Assembly: GCA_965206595.1 (NCBI GenBank)
Contig: OZ242214.1
Location: 1,088,001-1,152,000, forward strand
Direction: 5' to 3'
Length of the DNA stretch: 64,000 nt
Source: Candidatus Latescibacterota bacterium
Lineage (GTDB): Bacteria > Latescibacterota > UBA2968 > UBA8231
Part shown: positions 38,449-48,539 of the stretch, piece by piece
Layout: every line of letters begins with the position of its first letter
Position numbering within the stretch: the first letter of the stretch is position 1
The notes under the pieces: generated by a model
What the model was told of the DNA's origin: nothing
What the model saw: the letters and a program-made list of their open reading frames with translations, nothing else
Database searches by the model: none
Made by a program: the position numbers and the translations under genes

Positions 38449-39816
38449 TCAGTCCGAGTAATATCCCTGCTCGTGGTGAAGCGAGATATCGAGTCCGCGA
38501 TCCTCGTCCTCGTCGGAAACGCGCAGTCCCACGATGGCGTCCACGATCTTGAGGATGATGAAAGACAGCACCGCGCAGTAGACGATAGTGAACACGACGC
38601 CGAGGATCTGCGCGCCGAGCTGACCACCCACCGAGTCCTTCGCGAGCCCCATGCCTCCGAGGCTCTCCGTGGCGAAGACGCCGGTCAGAAGTGCGCCGAC
38701 GATACCCCCTACCGCGTGCACGCCGAAGGCATCGAGCGAATCGTCGTAACCCAGCGACTGCTTGAGACTCGTCGCCGCCCAGAAGCAGATGAGTCCGGAA
38801 GCCAGCCCGATTGCGATGGCGCCCATCGGGCCGACGCTGCCGGAGGCAGGGGTGATCGCCACCAGACCGGCGACCGCTCCGGTGGCCATGCCCAGCACGC
38901 TGGCTTTGCCGTGTTTGATCCACTCGGCGATCATCCAGCCGAGGGCGGCCGAAGCGGTGGCCACCTGCGTCACCAGCATCGCCATGCCCGCGGCGCCGTC
39001 CGCGGCCACCGCGCTACCCGCGTTGAAGCCGAACCAGCCGACCCACAGCATCGAGGCGCCGACGACGGTCAGCACCGTACTGTGGGGCGGGATCACCTTG
39101 TCGGGGTATCCCTTGCGCTTGCCGATCACGAGGGCGACGACGAGGGCCGCTACGCCGGCGTTGATGTGAACGACCGTGCCCCCGGCGAAATCGAGTACCC
39201 CGCGGTCGCCGAAGAAGGAGCCGGGGCCGCTCCACGCCATGTGGCAGACCGGCGCGTACACGACCGTCGACCAGATCGCCATGAACAGCAGGGTCGCCGT
39301 GAACTTCATGCGCTCCGCGAAGGCGCCGACGATCAGGGCCGGGGTGATGATGGCGAAGGTCATCTGAAAGGTGACGAAAACCGTCTCCGGGATCGTGCCG
39401 GACATCGAGTCGGCGCCAACCCCGGACAGGAATGCCTTGGACAGGCCGCCGGCGAACGAGGCGAAGTTGGTCACCCCTGCTTCCATGCCGGTGGTGTCGA
39501 AGGCGATGCTGTAGCCCCACAGGACCCAGATGATCGAAATCAGGCCGGTGATGGCGAAGCACTGCATCAGGACGGACAGCACGTTCTTGGTGCGCACCAG
39601 CCCGCCGTAGAAAAGTGACAACCCCGGGATGGTCATGAACAGGACCAGCACCGTAGACGTCAGCATCCACGCAGTGTCGCCGGAGTCGAGCTCGTCCGCG
39701 CTGGCTGCCCCCGGCAGCACCAGAAGCAAGGCCAAGGCGGCGAAAACGAGGAACCCCCGGTTTGGCAACCGGCGGGTACTCCCGCGGTACACCTGTACGG
39801 CGCGAGGCGATTCCAT
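38449..39816 (-). CDS. amtB: Ammonium transporter
   Basis: GDTAW, FQMTFA, DFAGGTVVH, WFGFNAGS, DDSLDAFGVH. Confidence 0.97.
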   Translation of the reverse strand: MESPRAVQVYRGSTRRLPNRGFLVFAALALLLVLPGAASADELDSGDTAWMLTSTVLVLFMTIPGLSLFYGGLVRTKNVLSVLMQCFAITGLISIIWVLWGYSIAFDTTGMEAGVTNFASFAGGLSKAFLSGVGADSMSGTIPETVFVTFQMTFAIITPALIVGAFAERMKFTATLLFMAIWSTVVYAPVCHMAWSGPGSFFGDRGVLDFAGGTVVHINAGVAALVVALVIGKRKGYPDKVIPPHSTVLTVVGASMLWVGWFGFNAGSAVAADGAAGMAMLVTQVATASAALGWMIAEWIKHGKASVLGMATGAVAGLVAITPASGSVGPMGAIAIGLASGLICFWAATSLKQSLGYDDSLDAFGVHAVGGIVGALLTGVFATESLGGMGLAKDSVGGQLGAQILGVVFTIVYCAVLSFIILKIVDAIVGLRVSDEDEDRGLDISLHHEQGYYSD

Positions 39817-39906
39817 ATCTCCCTCCCTTGTGATATGGTTGATCATGAACGGACTCCCGGTCTCAAGGCTGCAGACCGGCAAACCAAAGGCATACTCCGG
39901 GGTCGG

Positions 39907-40761
39907 TCAACTTGGTTCGGCCGACCGATCGGCCCATTTGTAGGCCGCTCTGGCGTTCTCCGACCAGTACTTGGCCGCGGTGTTTTCCCCCTTGCTTTCG
40001 AAATACCGGCGCACCAGGCCGATCACGGTTCCGTAGTCCCCTCCGACGTCGGATACGGGCCAGTTGCTGCCGAAAATCAGGCGGTTCTCTCCGAACGTCT
40101 CCCAGAGCAGGTCGAGAGTCGGCTCGTAGTATGCGAGCTCGGTGGGCGCCGGTTTGACCGCGGCAAGCTCCACCAGTCCGGAGACTTTCATGTACAACTG
40201 CTGAAACACCCCTGCCCGCTGCATGCACTCCGCCCAGTGCGAGTCTGGGGCGTTGCCGTCGATCGGCACGCTGGCCAAGTGGTTGATGACGATGCGCAGA
40301 TCCGGCATTCGTTCCGCCAGGGAGCAGAGGCCCTCGAAGTTGTCGGTGTTCATCAGCACGTCGAGCTCCAGGTCGCGGGCGGCCAGCAGCTCCATGTCGG
40401 CCAGGAAGCTGCCGGTTTCGATCTTCTCGAAAGAGCCGCCGCCGACCCTGATACCCCGGAACAGGGGGTTGGCGGCGAAGCGGTCGATGTCGGCTGCGAA
40501 CCCGTCCCGGTCGGGGGCGACGTGTCCCACCAGGCCGACGATCCAGGGATCGGAGGCAGCCAGATCGAGCACCCACTGGTTGTCCTCCAGCCAGGCGCTG
40601 GCCTCGACGACGACGGTTCCGGTCACCCCCTCGGGAACGGCGAGCTCGCGGTGGTGCTCCGGTAGCACTGTGCGGTAGAGGAGGTCCTCGTCGGCCCCCG
40701 GCCAGGGCACTCCCTGCGGGCGGGCAGGGTCGTAGAAGTGGGTGTGGGTATCGATGATCAT
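39907..40761 (-). CDS. Amidohydrolase_2 family protein (sugar lactonase-like)
   Basis: DTHTH, INHL, KVSG, FGSNWPV. Confidence 0.88.
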   Translation of the reverse strand: MIIDTHTHFYDPARPQGVPWPGADEDLLYRTVLPEHHRELAVPEGVTGTVVVEASAWLEDNQWVLDLAASDPWIVGLVGHVAPDRDGFAADIDRFAANPLFRGIRVGGGSFEKIETGSFLADMELLAARDLELDVLMNTDNFEGLCSLAERMPDLRIVINHLASVPIDGNAPDSHWAECMQRAGVFQQLYMKVSGLVELAAVKPAPTELAYYEPTLDLLWETFGENRLIFGSNWPVSDVGGDYGTVIGLVRRYFESKGENTAAKYWSENARAAYKWADRSAEPS

Positions 40762-40970
40762 CGTGCGGCTCCTTGATTCGAGGGTTGGGCATGGGTTGCC
40801 GGCGGAGCTCCGCGATGCCGATGTACGTCCCGGAAACAGTTGCAACAAACCGGCCCCCGGGAACCCCGCCACGCAAGGGCCTGAGCGAGTCTAACGAAGG
40901 TATCCGGCGAGGGACGGCAACCCCAGCCTGCCCGGGAAGGGTGTGCTTCTACAGGTAATCCACCGCCGGC

Positions 40971-43814
40971 TCAATGGGCGTCGAGCCAGGTGGGACCGGT
41001 CCCCATCTCGACGACGACAGGAACTTTCAGCGGGAGCGCCGTTTTCATCGCCTCCTCGACAACCTCCCTGACCTCCTTCTCCTCCTCGATGAAGAGGTCG
41101 AAGACCAGCTCGTCGTGGACCTGCAGCAGCATCCTCGTCTTCCAACAGCGCTCCTGCTGCTCACGGTGGATACTCGCCATGGCGATCTTGATCATGTCGG
41201 CGGCCGATCCCTGGATCGGGGAGTTGATGGCGTTGCGCTCGGCGGCCTTGCGCGCCGCGACGCTGCGGGAGTTGATGTCCCTCAGGTAGCGGCGCCTTCC
41301 CATCATGGTCTCGACGAAGCCGTTGGCGCGTGCGAATTCCACGGTTTCGTCCATGTAGGTCCGGACCCCCGGGTATTCCTCGAAATACTGTTCGATCATT
41401 TCGCCTGCCAGCTTGCGCGGCAATCCCAGGCGCTCGGACAGACCGAAGGCGGAGATCCCGTAGATGATGCCGAAGTTGACGGTCTTCGACTGGCGCCGCA
41501 TGTCGGCGGTCACCATCTCCGGGGGGACGCCATAGACGCGGCTTGCCGTCACCGTGTGGATGTCTTCGCCGGTGGCGAAGGCCCTGGTCATGCGCTCGTC
41601 CCCGCTGATCTCGGCGATGATGCGCAGCTCGATCTGCGAGTAGTCGGCCGACAGCAGGGTGAAGCCGCCGGGGCTGGGGACGAAGGCCTTGCGGATCTCC
41701 CTTCCCCTTTCGGTGCGGATCGGGATGTTCTGCAGATTCGGACCGCTCGACTGCATGCGGCCGGTGGCGGCGAACGCCTGCTCGTAGTAGGTGTGGATGC
41801 GTCCGGTTCTGGAGAAAATGGCCCCCGGAAGCATGTCGAGGTAGGTCGACTTCAGCTTCGTGCACAGCCGGTAGTCGAGAATCTGGCGCGCGATCTCGTG
41901 CTCGTGCGACAGCCGTGTCAGCACCAGCTCGTCGGTCTTGTACTGCTTGGATTTCTGGGTGCGGCGCGCGTGGGGATCGAGCTTGAGCTTGTCGAAAAGG
42001 ATGTTGCCGAGCTGGCTGGGGGAATTGAGGTTGAACGGCTCTCCCGCCAGCTCCTCGATGCGCCGGGCGGCGTCCTCGATATCCGCTTCCATCTCCCCGG
42101 AGAGCTGGTCGAGGGATGCGGCGTCGACGCGGACGCCGGCCGTCTCCATGTGGGCGAGCACCGGGATCAGCGGCGCCTCCACCTGCTCGTAGACCGCGGC
42201 CTGATTCTTTTCCTCCAGGAGGTCCTCGAGTATTCCGGCGAGCTGCAGGGCGACGTCGGCGTCCTCGACGGAGTACTCGAGGACCTCCTGGAGCGGCACC
42301 TCGCGGATGCTGCGCTGCTCGGAGCCCTTTTCCCCGATCAGTTCGGAAATCGGAATCGGGCGGTACCCGAGCAGGGCCTGGGACAGGTAGTCGAGACTCC
42401 GCCGCATGTCGGGAACCGCCAGGAAGGCGGCTACCATGGTGTCGAACAGCTTCCCCCGGACCTCGATGCCGTGCCACAGGAGGGTGACGACGTCGAACTT
42501 GAGGTTGTGGCCGATCTTGGCGATCTCGCCGCTTTCGAGGATCGGCCGGAAGTCCTCCAGCACCGCGGCGGCTTCCTCGCGAGGTTCCGGGAGGGGCACG
42601 TAGAACCCGGAGTGGGGCTCGAGGGCAACGGCGATGCCGGCGATGTCGCAGGATTTGGCATCGAGGCCGGTGGTCTCGAGATCGATGCTGATCCTCGAGC
42701 TGCCCAGAAGCGCGGCGATCAGCTCCGCCCGGCCCTCGGGGTCGGACACCAGGCGGTAGTCGTGCTCGACGTCGGCGATGGTCCTGAGCTCCACCGCATC
42801 CCCAACTTCCAGCTGGGCGCCGTCCCCGGGCGCCTGCGAAGCGGCCCGCACCTGCCGCGGCGCCGCGTGGAAGCCGTCCCCGAACAGGCGCCTGCCGAAC
42901 ATGTTGAACTCGAGCTCGACGAAGATCTGCTTCAGCATCCCGGCGTCGATCGGCTTGCGCTCGAAGTCGGGGAGGGACCCTGGAACGGGAACGTCCCTGA
43001 CGATGGTGACGAGCTTCTTCGAGAGCAGGGCCTGCTCTCGGTGCTCTTCCAGCACGGCGCGCCGTTTTCCTTTGACCTCCTCCAGCCGCCCGAGAAGGTT
43101 CTCGACCGAGCCGAACTCCTGGATCAGCTTGGTCGCGGTTTTCTGCCCTATCCCCGGAACACCGGGAACGTTGTCGATCGCGTCCCCCATCAGTCCGAGG
43201 ATGTCGCGCACCTGGTCGGCCGACTCGATCTGCCATTTCTCCCGCACCTCGGCGTCGCCGAGAATCTCGGTGCCGCTCCCGGAGCGTCCGGGCCGGTACA
43301 GGTAGGTGCGCTCCGAGACCAGCTGGGCGAAGTCCTTGTCCGGAGTCACCATGTAGGTGGTCGCCCCCTCGGCTTCGGCGCGCTTGACCAGGGTCCCTAT
43401 GACGTCGTCCGCCTCCCACCCCGGTTCCCGGATCACGGGAATGCGGAAGCCCTCGCAGATCCGGAAAATGAACGGCATCGCCTGTCCGAGATCGTCCGGC
43501 ATGGCCTCGCGCTGCGCCTTGTACTCGGCGTACTCCTCGTGGCGGTGGGTCGGGCCCGGGGCGTCGAAGACGACGGCGATGTGGGTGGGGTGGTACTTGT
43601 CGAGGATTTCCAGCAGCGTCGAGGTGAACACGAACGGCGCCGCGGTGTTGACCCCCGCCGCGGTCGTCGGCGGGTTGTTGAGCATGGCGAAATAGCCGCG
43701 ATAGGCCAGCGCCATGCCGTCGAGGAGGTAGAGGATAGGGGGGCCGTCTTCCAGGCCGGGAAGAGCGGCAGCCGGAGGGGAGGCGTGGTCGCCGGCAGAG
43801 TCGTAATCGGTCAT
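40971..43814 (-). CDS. polA: DNA polymerase I
   Basis: 5'-3' exonuclease (DGMALAYR, EADD), 3'-5' exonuclease (DLETTG), polymerase motifs ADYSQIELR, NFGIIYG, QVHDEL. Confidence 0.98.
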   Translation of the reverse strand: MTDYDSAGDHASPPAAALPGLEDGPPILYLLDGMALAYRGYFAMLNNPPTTAAGVNTAAPFVFTSTLLEILDKYHPTHIAVVFDAPGPTHRHEEYAEYKAQREAMPDDLGQAMPFIFRICEGFRIPVIREPGWEADDVIGTLVKRAEAEGATTYMVTPDKDFAQLVSERTYLYRPGRSGSGTEILGDAEVREKWQIESADQVRDILGLMGDAIDNVPGVPGIGQKTATKLIQEFGSVENLLGRLEEVKGKRRAVLEEHREQALLSKKLVTIVRDVPVPGSLPDFERKPIDAGMLKQIFVELEFNMFGRRLFGDGFHAAPRQVRAASQAPGDGAQLEVGDAVELRTIADVEHDYRLVSDPEGRAELIAALLGSSRISIDLETTGLDAKSCDIAGIAVALEPHSGFYVPLPEPREEAAAVLEDFRPILESGEIAKIGHNLKFDVVTLLWHGIEVRGKLFDTMVAAFLAVPDMRRSLDYLSQALLGYRPIPISELIGEKGSEQRSIREVPLQEVLEYSVEDADVALQLAGILEDLLEEKNQAAVYEQVEAPLIPVLAHMETAGVRVDAASLDQLSGEMEADIEDAARRIEELAGEPFNLNSPSQLGNILFDKLKLDPHARRTQKSKQYKTDELVLTRLSHEHEIARQILDYRLCTKLKSTYLDMLPGAIFSRTGRIHTYYEQAFAATGRMQSSGPNLQNIPIRTERGREIRKAFVPSPGGFTLLSADYSQIELRIIAEISGDERMTRAFATGEDIHTVTASRVYGVPPEMVTADMRRQSKTVNFGIIYGISAFGLSERLGLPRKLAGEMIEQYFEEYPGVRTYMDETVEFARANGFVETMMGRRRYLRDINSRSVAARKAAERNAINSPIQGSAADMIKIAMASIHREQQERCWKTRMLLQVHDELVFDLFIEEEKEVREVVEEAMKTALPLKVPVVVEMGTGPTWLDAH

Positions 43815-43971
43815 TGAGTGAAGGTGGGTCGGGAGTTGTGCGGCGCCTCGGTGCGGCGCAGGCGCATCAACTAATGCCATGCCCGGTACCAGGGCAAGTC
43901 GCCCGGCTTTCTTGATGAGGCGTCCCGATGGCGCCAAATTGTCGTGCCGCAGAAACGACAGGAGCGCAGCG

Positions 43972-44799
43972 ATGGCGAAAGCCAGGAGGGGGAATCCCCC
44001 CTCCAATACCTCGGGAAAAAAGAAGAAGCTGGATCGCCAGTACTACGAGAAGGAGCTGGTCGAGCTCCAGGTCGAGCTGGCCAAGCTGCAGGAGTGGATA
44101 CGCCAGAATGGACTGAAAGTGGTCGTCGTCTTCGAGGGCCGCGACGCCGCCGGGAAGGGGGGCGTCATCCGGCGCATCACCGAGTCGCTCAATTCCCGCA
44201 TCTGCCGGGTCGTCGCCCTCGGCACCCCCACGGAACGCCAGAAGACTCAGTGGTACTTCCAGCGTTACGTCGAGGAGCTCCCCGCGGCGGGAGAGATGGT
44301 CCTCTTCGACCGCAGCTGGTACAACCGCGCCGGCGTCGAGAGGGTGATGGGGTTCTGCACCGAGGAAGAGGTGGAGGAGTTCTTCCGCACCTGCCCCGAG
44401 TTCGAGCGCATGCTGGTGCGCTCCGGGATCATCCTGATCAAGTACTGGTTCTCGGTTTCCGAGGAGGAACAGGAACGGCGCTTCCGGCGGCGCATCTCCG
44501 ACCCCGCCCGGCGCTGGAAGCTCAGCGGCATGGACCTGGAGTCGCGTCGGCGCTGGGTCGACTACTCGCGGGCAAAGGACGACATGTTCCGGCATACCGA
44601 CATAAAGCAGGCGCCCTGGTACGTCGTCGACTCCAACGACAAGAGCCGCGCCCGCCTCAACTGCATTTCCCACCTGCTGAGCATGATCTCCTACAAGAAC
44701 GTGCTCCCCGACAAGCTCGAGGTGCCGCCCCTGCAGCAGGACGACAGCTACGTGCGCTCGCCGGTAGATGACCAGACCTTCGTGCCGGAAGCGTACTGA
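43972..44799 (+). CDS. ppk2: Polyphosphate kinase 2
   Basis: FEGRDAAGKGG, FDRSWYNRAGVE, WKLSGMD. Confidence 0.96.
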   Translation: MAKARRGNPPSNTSGKKKKLDRQYYEKELVELQVELAKLQEWIRQNGLKVVVVFEGRDAAGKGGVIRRITESLNSRICRVVALGTPTERQKTQWYFQRYVEELPAAGEMVLFDRSWYNRAGVERVMGFCTEEEVEEFFRTCPEFERMLVRSGIILIKYWFSVSEEEQERRFRRRISDPARRWKLSGMDLESRRRWVDYSRAKDDMFRHTDIKQAPWYVVDSNDKSRARLNCISHLLSMISYKNVLPDKLEVPPLQQDDSYVRSPVDDQTFVPEAY

Positions 44800-44822
44800 C
44801 ACGACGACCGGAGAAAGGACCT

Positions 44823-45620
44823 ATGCCCCGAACCAGACCGCCCGACCCGACCGCCCTCGGCCGCGGCTTCAAGCGCCGCCTCAGGTCGGGCGAGGTTTCC
44901 CTCGGCCTGACGGCGATGGAGTACCTGCGGCCATCGCTCGCCAAGCTCTACGCCCACGCCGGCATGGACTTCGTTTACATCGAGAAGGAGCACGGGCTCT
45001 TCGACGGCCCCGAGTTGACCGATTTCGTGCTCGCCGCCCGCGACAACCGCCTGCCTGCGATCTCGAAGCTCGGGGAGCTCAACCGCGCCGAGACAGGGCG
45101 TCTCCTCGAAGCCGGGCTAACGGGCATTCAGCTGCCGAGAACGGAGAGCCGCGAGCAACTGGCCGCCCTCGTCGACTACGTGAAGTTCCCGCCCCTCGGA
45201 ACCCGTGCAGGAGCTCCCGGATACGGGAACACCGACTACGCTCTGCCCGACGATCACGCCGCCTGGCTGCGCAAGGCCAACCAGTCGACCGTCGTCGTCG
45301 CCCACATCGAGACGGCGCGCGGGCTGGAAAACGTCGAGGAGATTGCCGGAACCCCCCATCTCGACGTCATCTACGTCGGCCCCTACGACTTCGCGATCGA
45401 AATGGGGCATCCCGGAGACTACGATCACCAGGACGTGCTGGCCGGGATGGAGAGGGTGCTGCAGGTCTGCCTCTCGCGCGGCATCGCCTTCGGTACCACC
45501 GCGTCGAGTCCGGAGGCCGGCAGGCGCTGGATCGAAAAAGGCTGCCGCTATTTCGAGATGGAGACCGAGGTCGAGTTGATCGGTCACGGGGCGGCGCAGG
45601 CGGTGGCCGCCTACCGGTAG
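44823..45620 (+). CDS. HpcH/HpaI-family aldolase
   Basis: IEKEHG, KFPPLGTRA, HIET, YVGPYDF. Confidence 0.9.
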   Translation: MPRTRPPDPTALGRGFKRRLRSGEVSLGLTAMEYLRPSLAKLYAHAGMDFVYIEKEHGLFDGPELTDFVLAARDNRLPAISKLGELNRAETGRLLEAGLTGIQLPRTESREQLAALVDYVKFPPLGTRAGAPGYGNTDYALPDDHAAWLRKANQSTVVVAHIETARGLENVEEIAGTPHLDVIYVGPYDFAIEMGHPGDYDHQDVLAGMERVLQVCLSRGIAFGTTASSPEAGRRWIEKGCRYFEMETEVELIGHGAAQAVAAYR

Positions 45621-45642
45621 GGCCCTGTGGCGCGGAGGTCTC

Positions 45643-46662
45643 TCAGGCGTCGCGCCAGTCGAAGATCACCCCCAGCATGTCCTTGTCGCGGCTGAAGATC
45701 TTGTCGTACGCGGTCTTCATCCCGGTGTAGCTCAGCCGGTGCGTGATCGTGTGCCGGGGCTCCAGCCTGCCGTCCGCCATCAGCGACAGGGTGTGGGCGC
45801 AGGCGGTGCGCCAGGCGAAGCGGTCCCCTCTGGTGGGGAAGAGATAGCCGCTCTGCTCCGAAACGGCTATCAGCGAGATCCCCTTGATATAAAAACGCTC
45901 CATCGCCAGCGGGTTGTGGTCGAGAGGAGGCTCGCCGCGGCCGGGAAGGCTGACGATGGAGACGCGGCCGTTGGGGCGCACCACCTCGAGCGAGGTGCGC
46001 AGGGCCGGCCACGGGTTGGCGGTCAGGATCACGAGGTCGACCCCGATGCCGTCGGTGAAGGCGTCGGTCTTCTCGGCCAGTTCCGGATCGTCCGATGCGA
46101 AGCAGGCGTGGGCGCCCATCCTGCGCGCCGTGTCTATGCGCGCCGGGCTGTTCCCCAGGCCGATGACGCGCGCCCCGAAGCAGGGCCCCAGCGCTACCGC
46201 CCCCATGCCGAGGATGCCGAGGCCGACCACGGCGACGGTCTCTCCGGGGGTGAACCAGGCCTTGCGGTAACAGTGGGCGCTGAGGGTGTACAGTTGCGAC
46301 CATACGGCATCTTCGGGGTCGACGCCTTCCGGCACCTTGACGATCTGCCAGTAGCCGTCCTCCTCGGCGACGTACTCCGACTGGTGCCAGACCCGGGACA
46401 CGACCCGGTCTCCGGGACGGAACCTCGTCACCTGCGAGCCGACCGCCTCGACGATCCCGAGGTTGCTGTCCCCGACCTGGCGCGGGTAGTCCGGAGCCCC
46501 GGGCACTCGTTCCGCTCCTTCGTAGTTGCCCCGGTCGGTCCCGATCTTGAGGGCGGAGATCAGGGTGCGCACGTGGATTTCGGTGGGCCCGAGGTTCGCG
46601 GTGTCCAGCTCCCGCTCCTCGATATGCAGATCCTGCGGCCCGTACAGCATCGCCAGTTTCAT
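45643..46662 (-). CDS. Zinc-binding dehydrogenase family oxidoreductase (MDR)
   Basis: SALKIGTD, GLGILG Rossmann motif, DGIGVDLVI, ITHR. Confidence 0.85.
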   Translation of the reverse strand: MKLAMLYGPQDLHIEERELDTANLGPTEIHVRTLISALKIGTDRGNYEGAERVPGAPDYPRQVGDSNLGIVEAVGSQVTRFRPGDRVVSRVWHQSEYVAEEDGYWQIVKVPEGVDPEDAVWSQLYTLSAHCYRKAWFTPGETVAVVGLGILGMGAVALGPCFGARVIGLGNSPARIDTARRMGAHACFASDDPELAEKTDAFTDGIGVDLVILTANPWPALRTSLEVVRPNGRVSIVSLPGRGEPPLDHNPLAMERFYIKGISLIAVSEQSGYLFPTRGDRFAWRTACAHTLSLMADGRLEPRHTITHRLSYTGMKTAYDKIFSRDKDMLGVIFDWRDA

Positions 46663-46685
46663 GGTCGGTTCTCTTTCCGTGTTTG

Positions 46686-46950
46686 GCAGGCCGCTGCCTG
46701 CGGGAGTGAGTCCTTCAAGTTTCGGCCCGAGCTGCAGGGCACTCGGCCGCCTACCCTTTCGGCGATGTGACGGGGAAGGGTAGGCCCATTCGGAAACGCC
46801 CGTTGAAGCTCCGAGTTCAGCAATGCGCTCCTCTTGGTAGGTACCCAATCCATCTCGCGCCCTGTCTTTCGGCAGCTCGGGGGTAAGATCGCACTGCGGA
46901 GGAGAACCGCGGTGGATCACCGGAGGAGGTCCCGTCCGCGACTGCAGGCA
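46686..46950 (-). ncRNA. Candidate structured RNA or leader element of unknown family (strand assumed from flanking genes)
   Basis: Nested helices 46695-701/46944-950, 46701-705/46930-934, 46726-735/46872-881, 46735-740/46859-864, 46741-746/46811-816, 46749-758/46776-785. Confidence 0.5.
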
Positions 46951-46964
46951 ACCTCAGGTGGGGG

Positions 46965-47903
46965 CTACAGGGCGGCGCGTTCGAACTCGGCGATCACTCC
47001 GTCGTCGATCGCCGTGGCCGCGGCGCGCACGTTCATCTCCAGCTGCTCGATGGTGAGGCTGCCGATCGGGTTCCCGTGTATGCGCGGCTCGCGCAGGCAG
47101 AACTGGAGCGCCAGCTGCAGCAGCGACAGCCCCCGCTCCTCGCACCACAGCCGCATAGCCTCGGCGCGATGGTGGTCGTCCCGCCATTGGTCCCGCGGCG
47201 CGATCCTCTCTCCGGGGGTTCCCGTAAGCCAACCGCGCATGATCGACCAGCCGTTGAGGACCCCCATGTCGCTGTCGGCCGCGGCCCCGAGGAGGCCGGA
47301 AGCGGCGGTCCTGCCCAGGAGATTGTAGTCGCTGAAGGTCAGCAGCACGTCGGTGCGGCCCGAAGCGATGGCGGCGCCGTGGAAATCGTGGGAGCGCATG
47401 CCGTACCCGAGCCAGCGGACCCAACCGCGTTCGCGCGCTGCTTCCAGGCCCTCGAGGGTGCCGCCGGCCGCCAGGGTCGGCTCCATGGCCGGGGGATCGT
47501 GAATCAGGAGCACGTCGAAATGGTCGGTTCCCAGGATGCCGAGCTGATCCTCGACGTCGGCGAGGACGCGGTCGCCGGAGTAGTCCGGTTCTCCCTCTCC
47601 GTACCCGCCCCAGGGGGCGGCGCTGTGGCAGCAGACGCGCCCGCTGACGACGATTTCGTCCCGGGCCACCACTTTCTGCCTTATCGCCGCCCCGAGCTTG
47701 CCGAGCGAGTCGCCGTAGCAGCGCGCGCAATCGAAGTGGTTTACCCCGATGTCGACGGCGCGGCGGATCATGCCCGCGGCCTCCGCCGCGCTCACCGGCC
47801 CGAAGTGATTTCCGAATCCCTGGGTGCCGAAGGGGATGACCGGTATTGAAATCCCGGTTTTTCCCCAGCGACGCCGGGGACAGATCAGTTCCTTGTCAGG
47901 CAT
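46965..47903 (-). CDS. Aldo/keto reductase
   Basis: WGKTG, GVNHFDCARCYG, LGTDHFDVLLIHDP. Confidence 0.88.
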   Translation of the reverse strand: MPDKELICPRRRWGKTGISIPVIPFGTQGFGNHFGPVSAAEAAGMIRRAVDIGVNHFDCARCYGDSLGKLGAAIRQKVVARDEIVVSGRVCCHSAAPWGGYGEGEPDYSGDRVLADVEDQLGILGTDHFDVLLIHDPPAMEPTLAAGGTLEGLEAARERGWVRWLGYGMRSHDFHGAAIASGRTDVLLTFSDYNLLGRTAASGLLGAAADSDMGVLNGWSIMRGWLTGTPGERIAPRDQWRDDHHRAEAMRLWCEERGLSLLQLALQFCLREPRIHGNPIGSLTIEQLEMNVRAAATAIDDGVIAEFERAAL

Positions 47904-48014
47904 GAAATTGCAGGAAAGCTCCTGCAGTTCGGGTTCCCGGCCTTCGAGCCGGTGGCGAAAAACTCCATTCTGCCTGCGGCCGGCCTCGCCTTCAGGAGCG
48001 GTTCCCGTCGCCTC

Positions 48015-48539
48015 CTACGAGAACCCCAGCAGCTCGACGTCGAAGAGCAGGGTGGCGTTCGGCGGGATCACCCCGCCGGCTCCGCGCGCGCCGTATCCCA
48101 GCTCCGCCGGAATGATCAGCCGGTATTTCGCGTCCACCTTCATCAAGGCGATGCCCTCGTCCCAGCCGGCGATCACCTGCCCTGTTCCGAGCTCGAACTC
48201 GAAGGGCTGGTTGCGCTTGTAGGAGCTGTCGAACACGGTGCCGTCTTCGAGCATGCCGGTGTAGTGGACGCGCACCCGGCTGCCCGCAGAAGGTGGCTCG
48301 CCGCTGCCCTCTTCGACTACGATGAACTGCAGACCGCTGGTGGTCGAGCCGGGATTGGCCATGGCCTCCTCGTCTATCTCGAAGATCACTGCCTCCCCGG
48401 GGGTGCCGGTCTCCGGGTCGGAGGATGGATTGGTGGAGTCGCAGGCCGAAAGCCATGCCGCGGCGGCGGCCAGACCGGCGGAGACGGCTCGCAGCCAGCG
48501 CCTGCGGGGTTGGTTCTGGTGCAATCGTTCCTTGATCAT
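48015..48539 (-). CDS. FKBP-type peptidyl-prolyl isomerase (lipoprotein)
   Basis: Lipobox LSAC; VHYTG, FDSS, VIAGWDEG, IPPNATLLFDVEL. Confidence 0.95.
   Translation of the reverse strand: MIKERLHQNQPRRRWLRAVSAGLAAAAAWLSACDSTNPSSDPETGTPGEAVIFEIDEEAMANPGSTTSGLQFIVVEEGSGEPPSAGSRVRVHYTGMLEDGTVFDSSYKRNQPFEFELGTGQVIAGWDEGIALMKVDAKYRLIIPAELGYGARGAGGVIPPNATLLFDVELLGFS

Noticed and set aside
39817-39906. Possible sigma54 or GlnR/TnrA site upstream of amtB
   Set aside because: GG-GC spacing is 11 rather than 10 and no clean TGTNA-N7-TNACA is present
40974-43817. Very long antisense ORFs (947 aa opposite polA; also 2042-4264, 13454-16045, 36850-39618, 59949-62765)
   Set aside because: They are shadow frames of high-GC genes on the opposite strand and carry no recognisable motifs
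46686-46950. Assignment of the structured element to cobalamin/ZTP riboswitch, SRP, 6S, retron msr-msd or MITE
   Set aside because: The diagnostic consensus motifs are absent or out of order, no reverse transcriptase is nearby, and no target-site duplication is seen; it is kept only as an unassigned candidate
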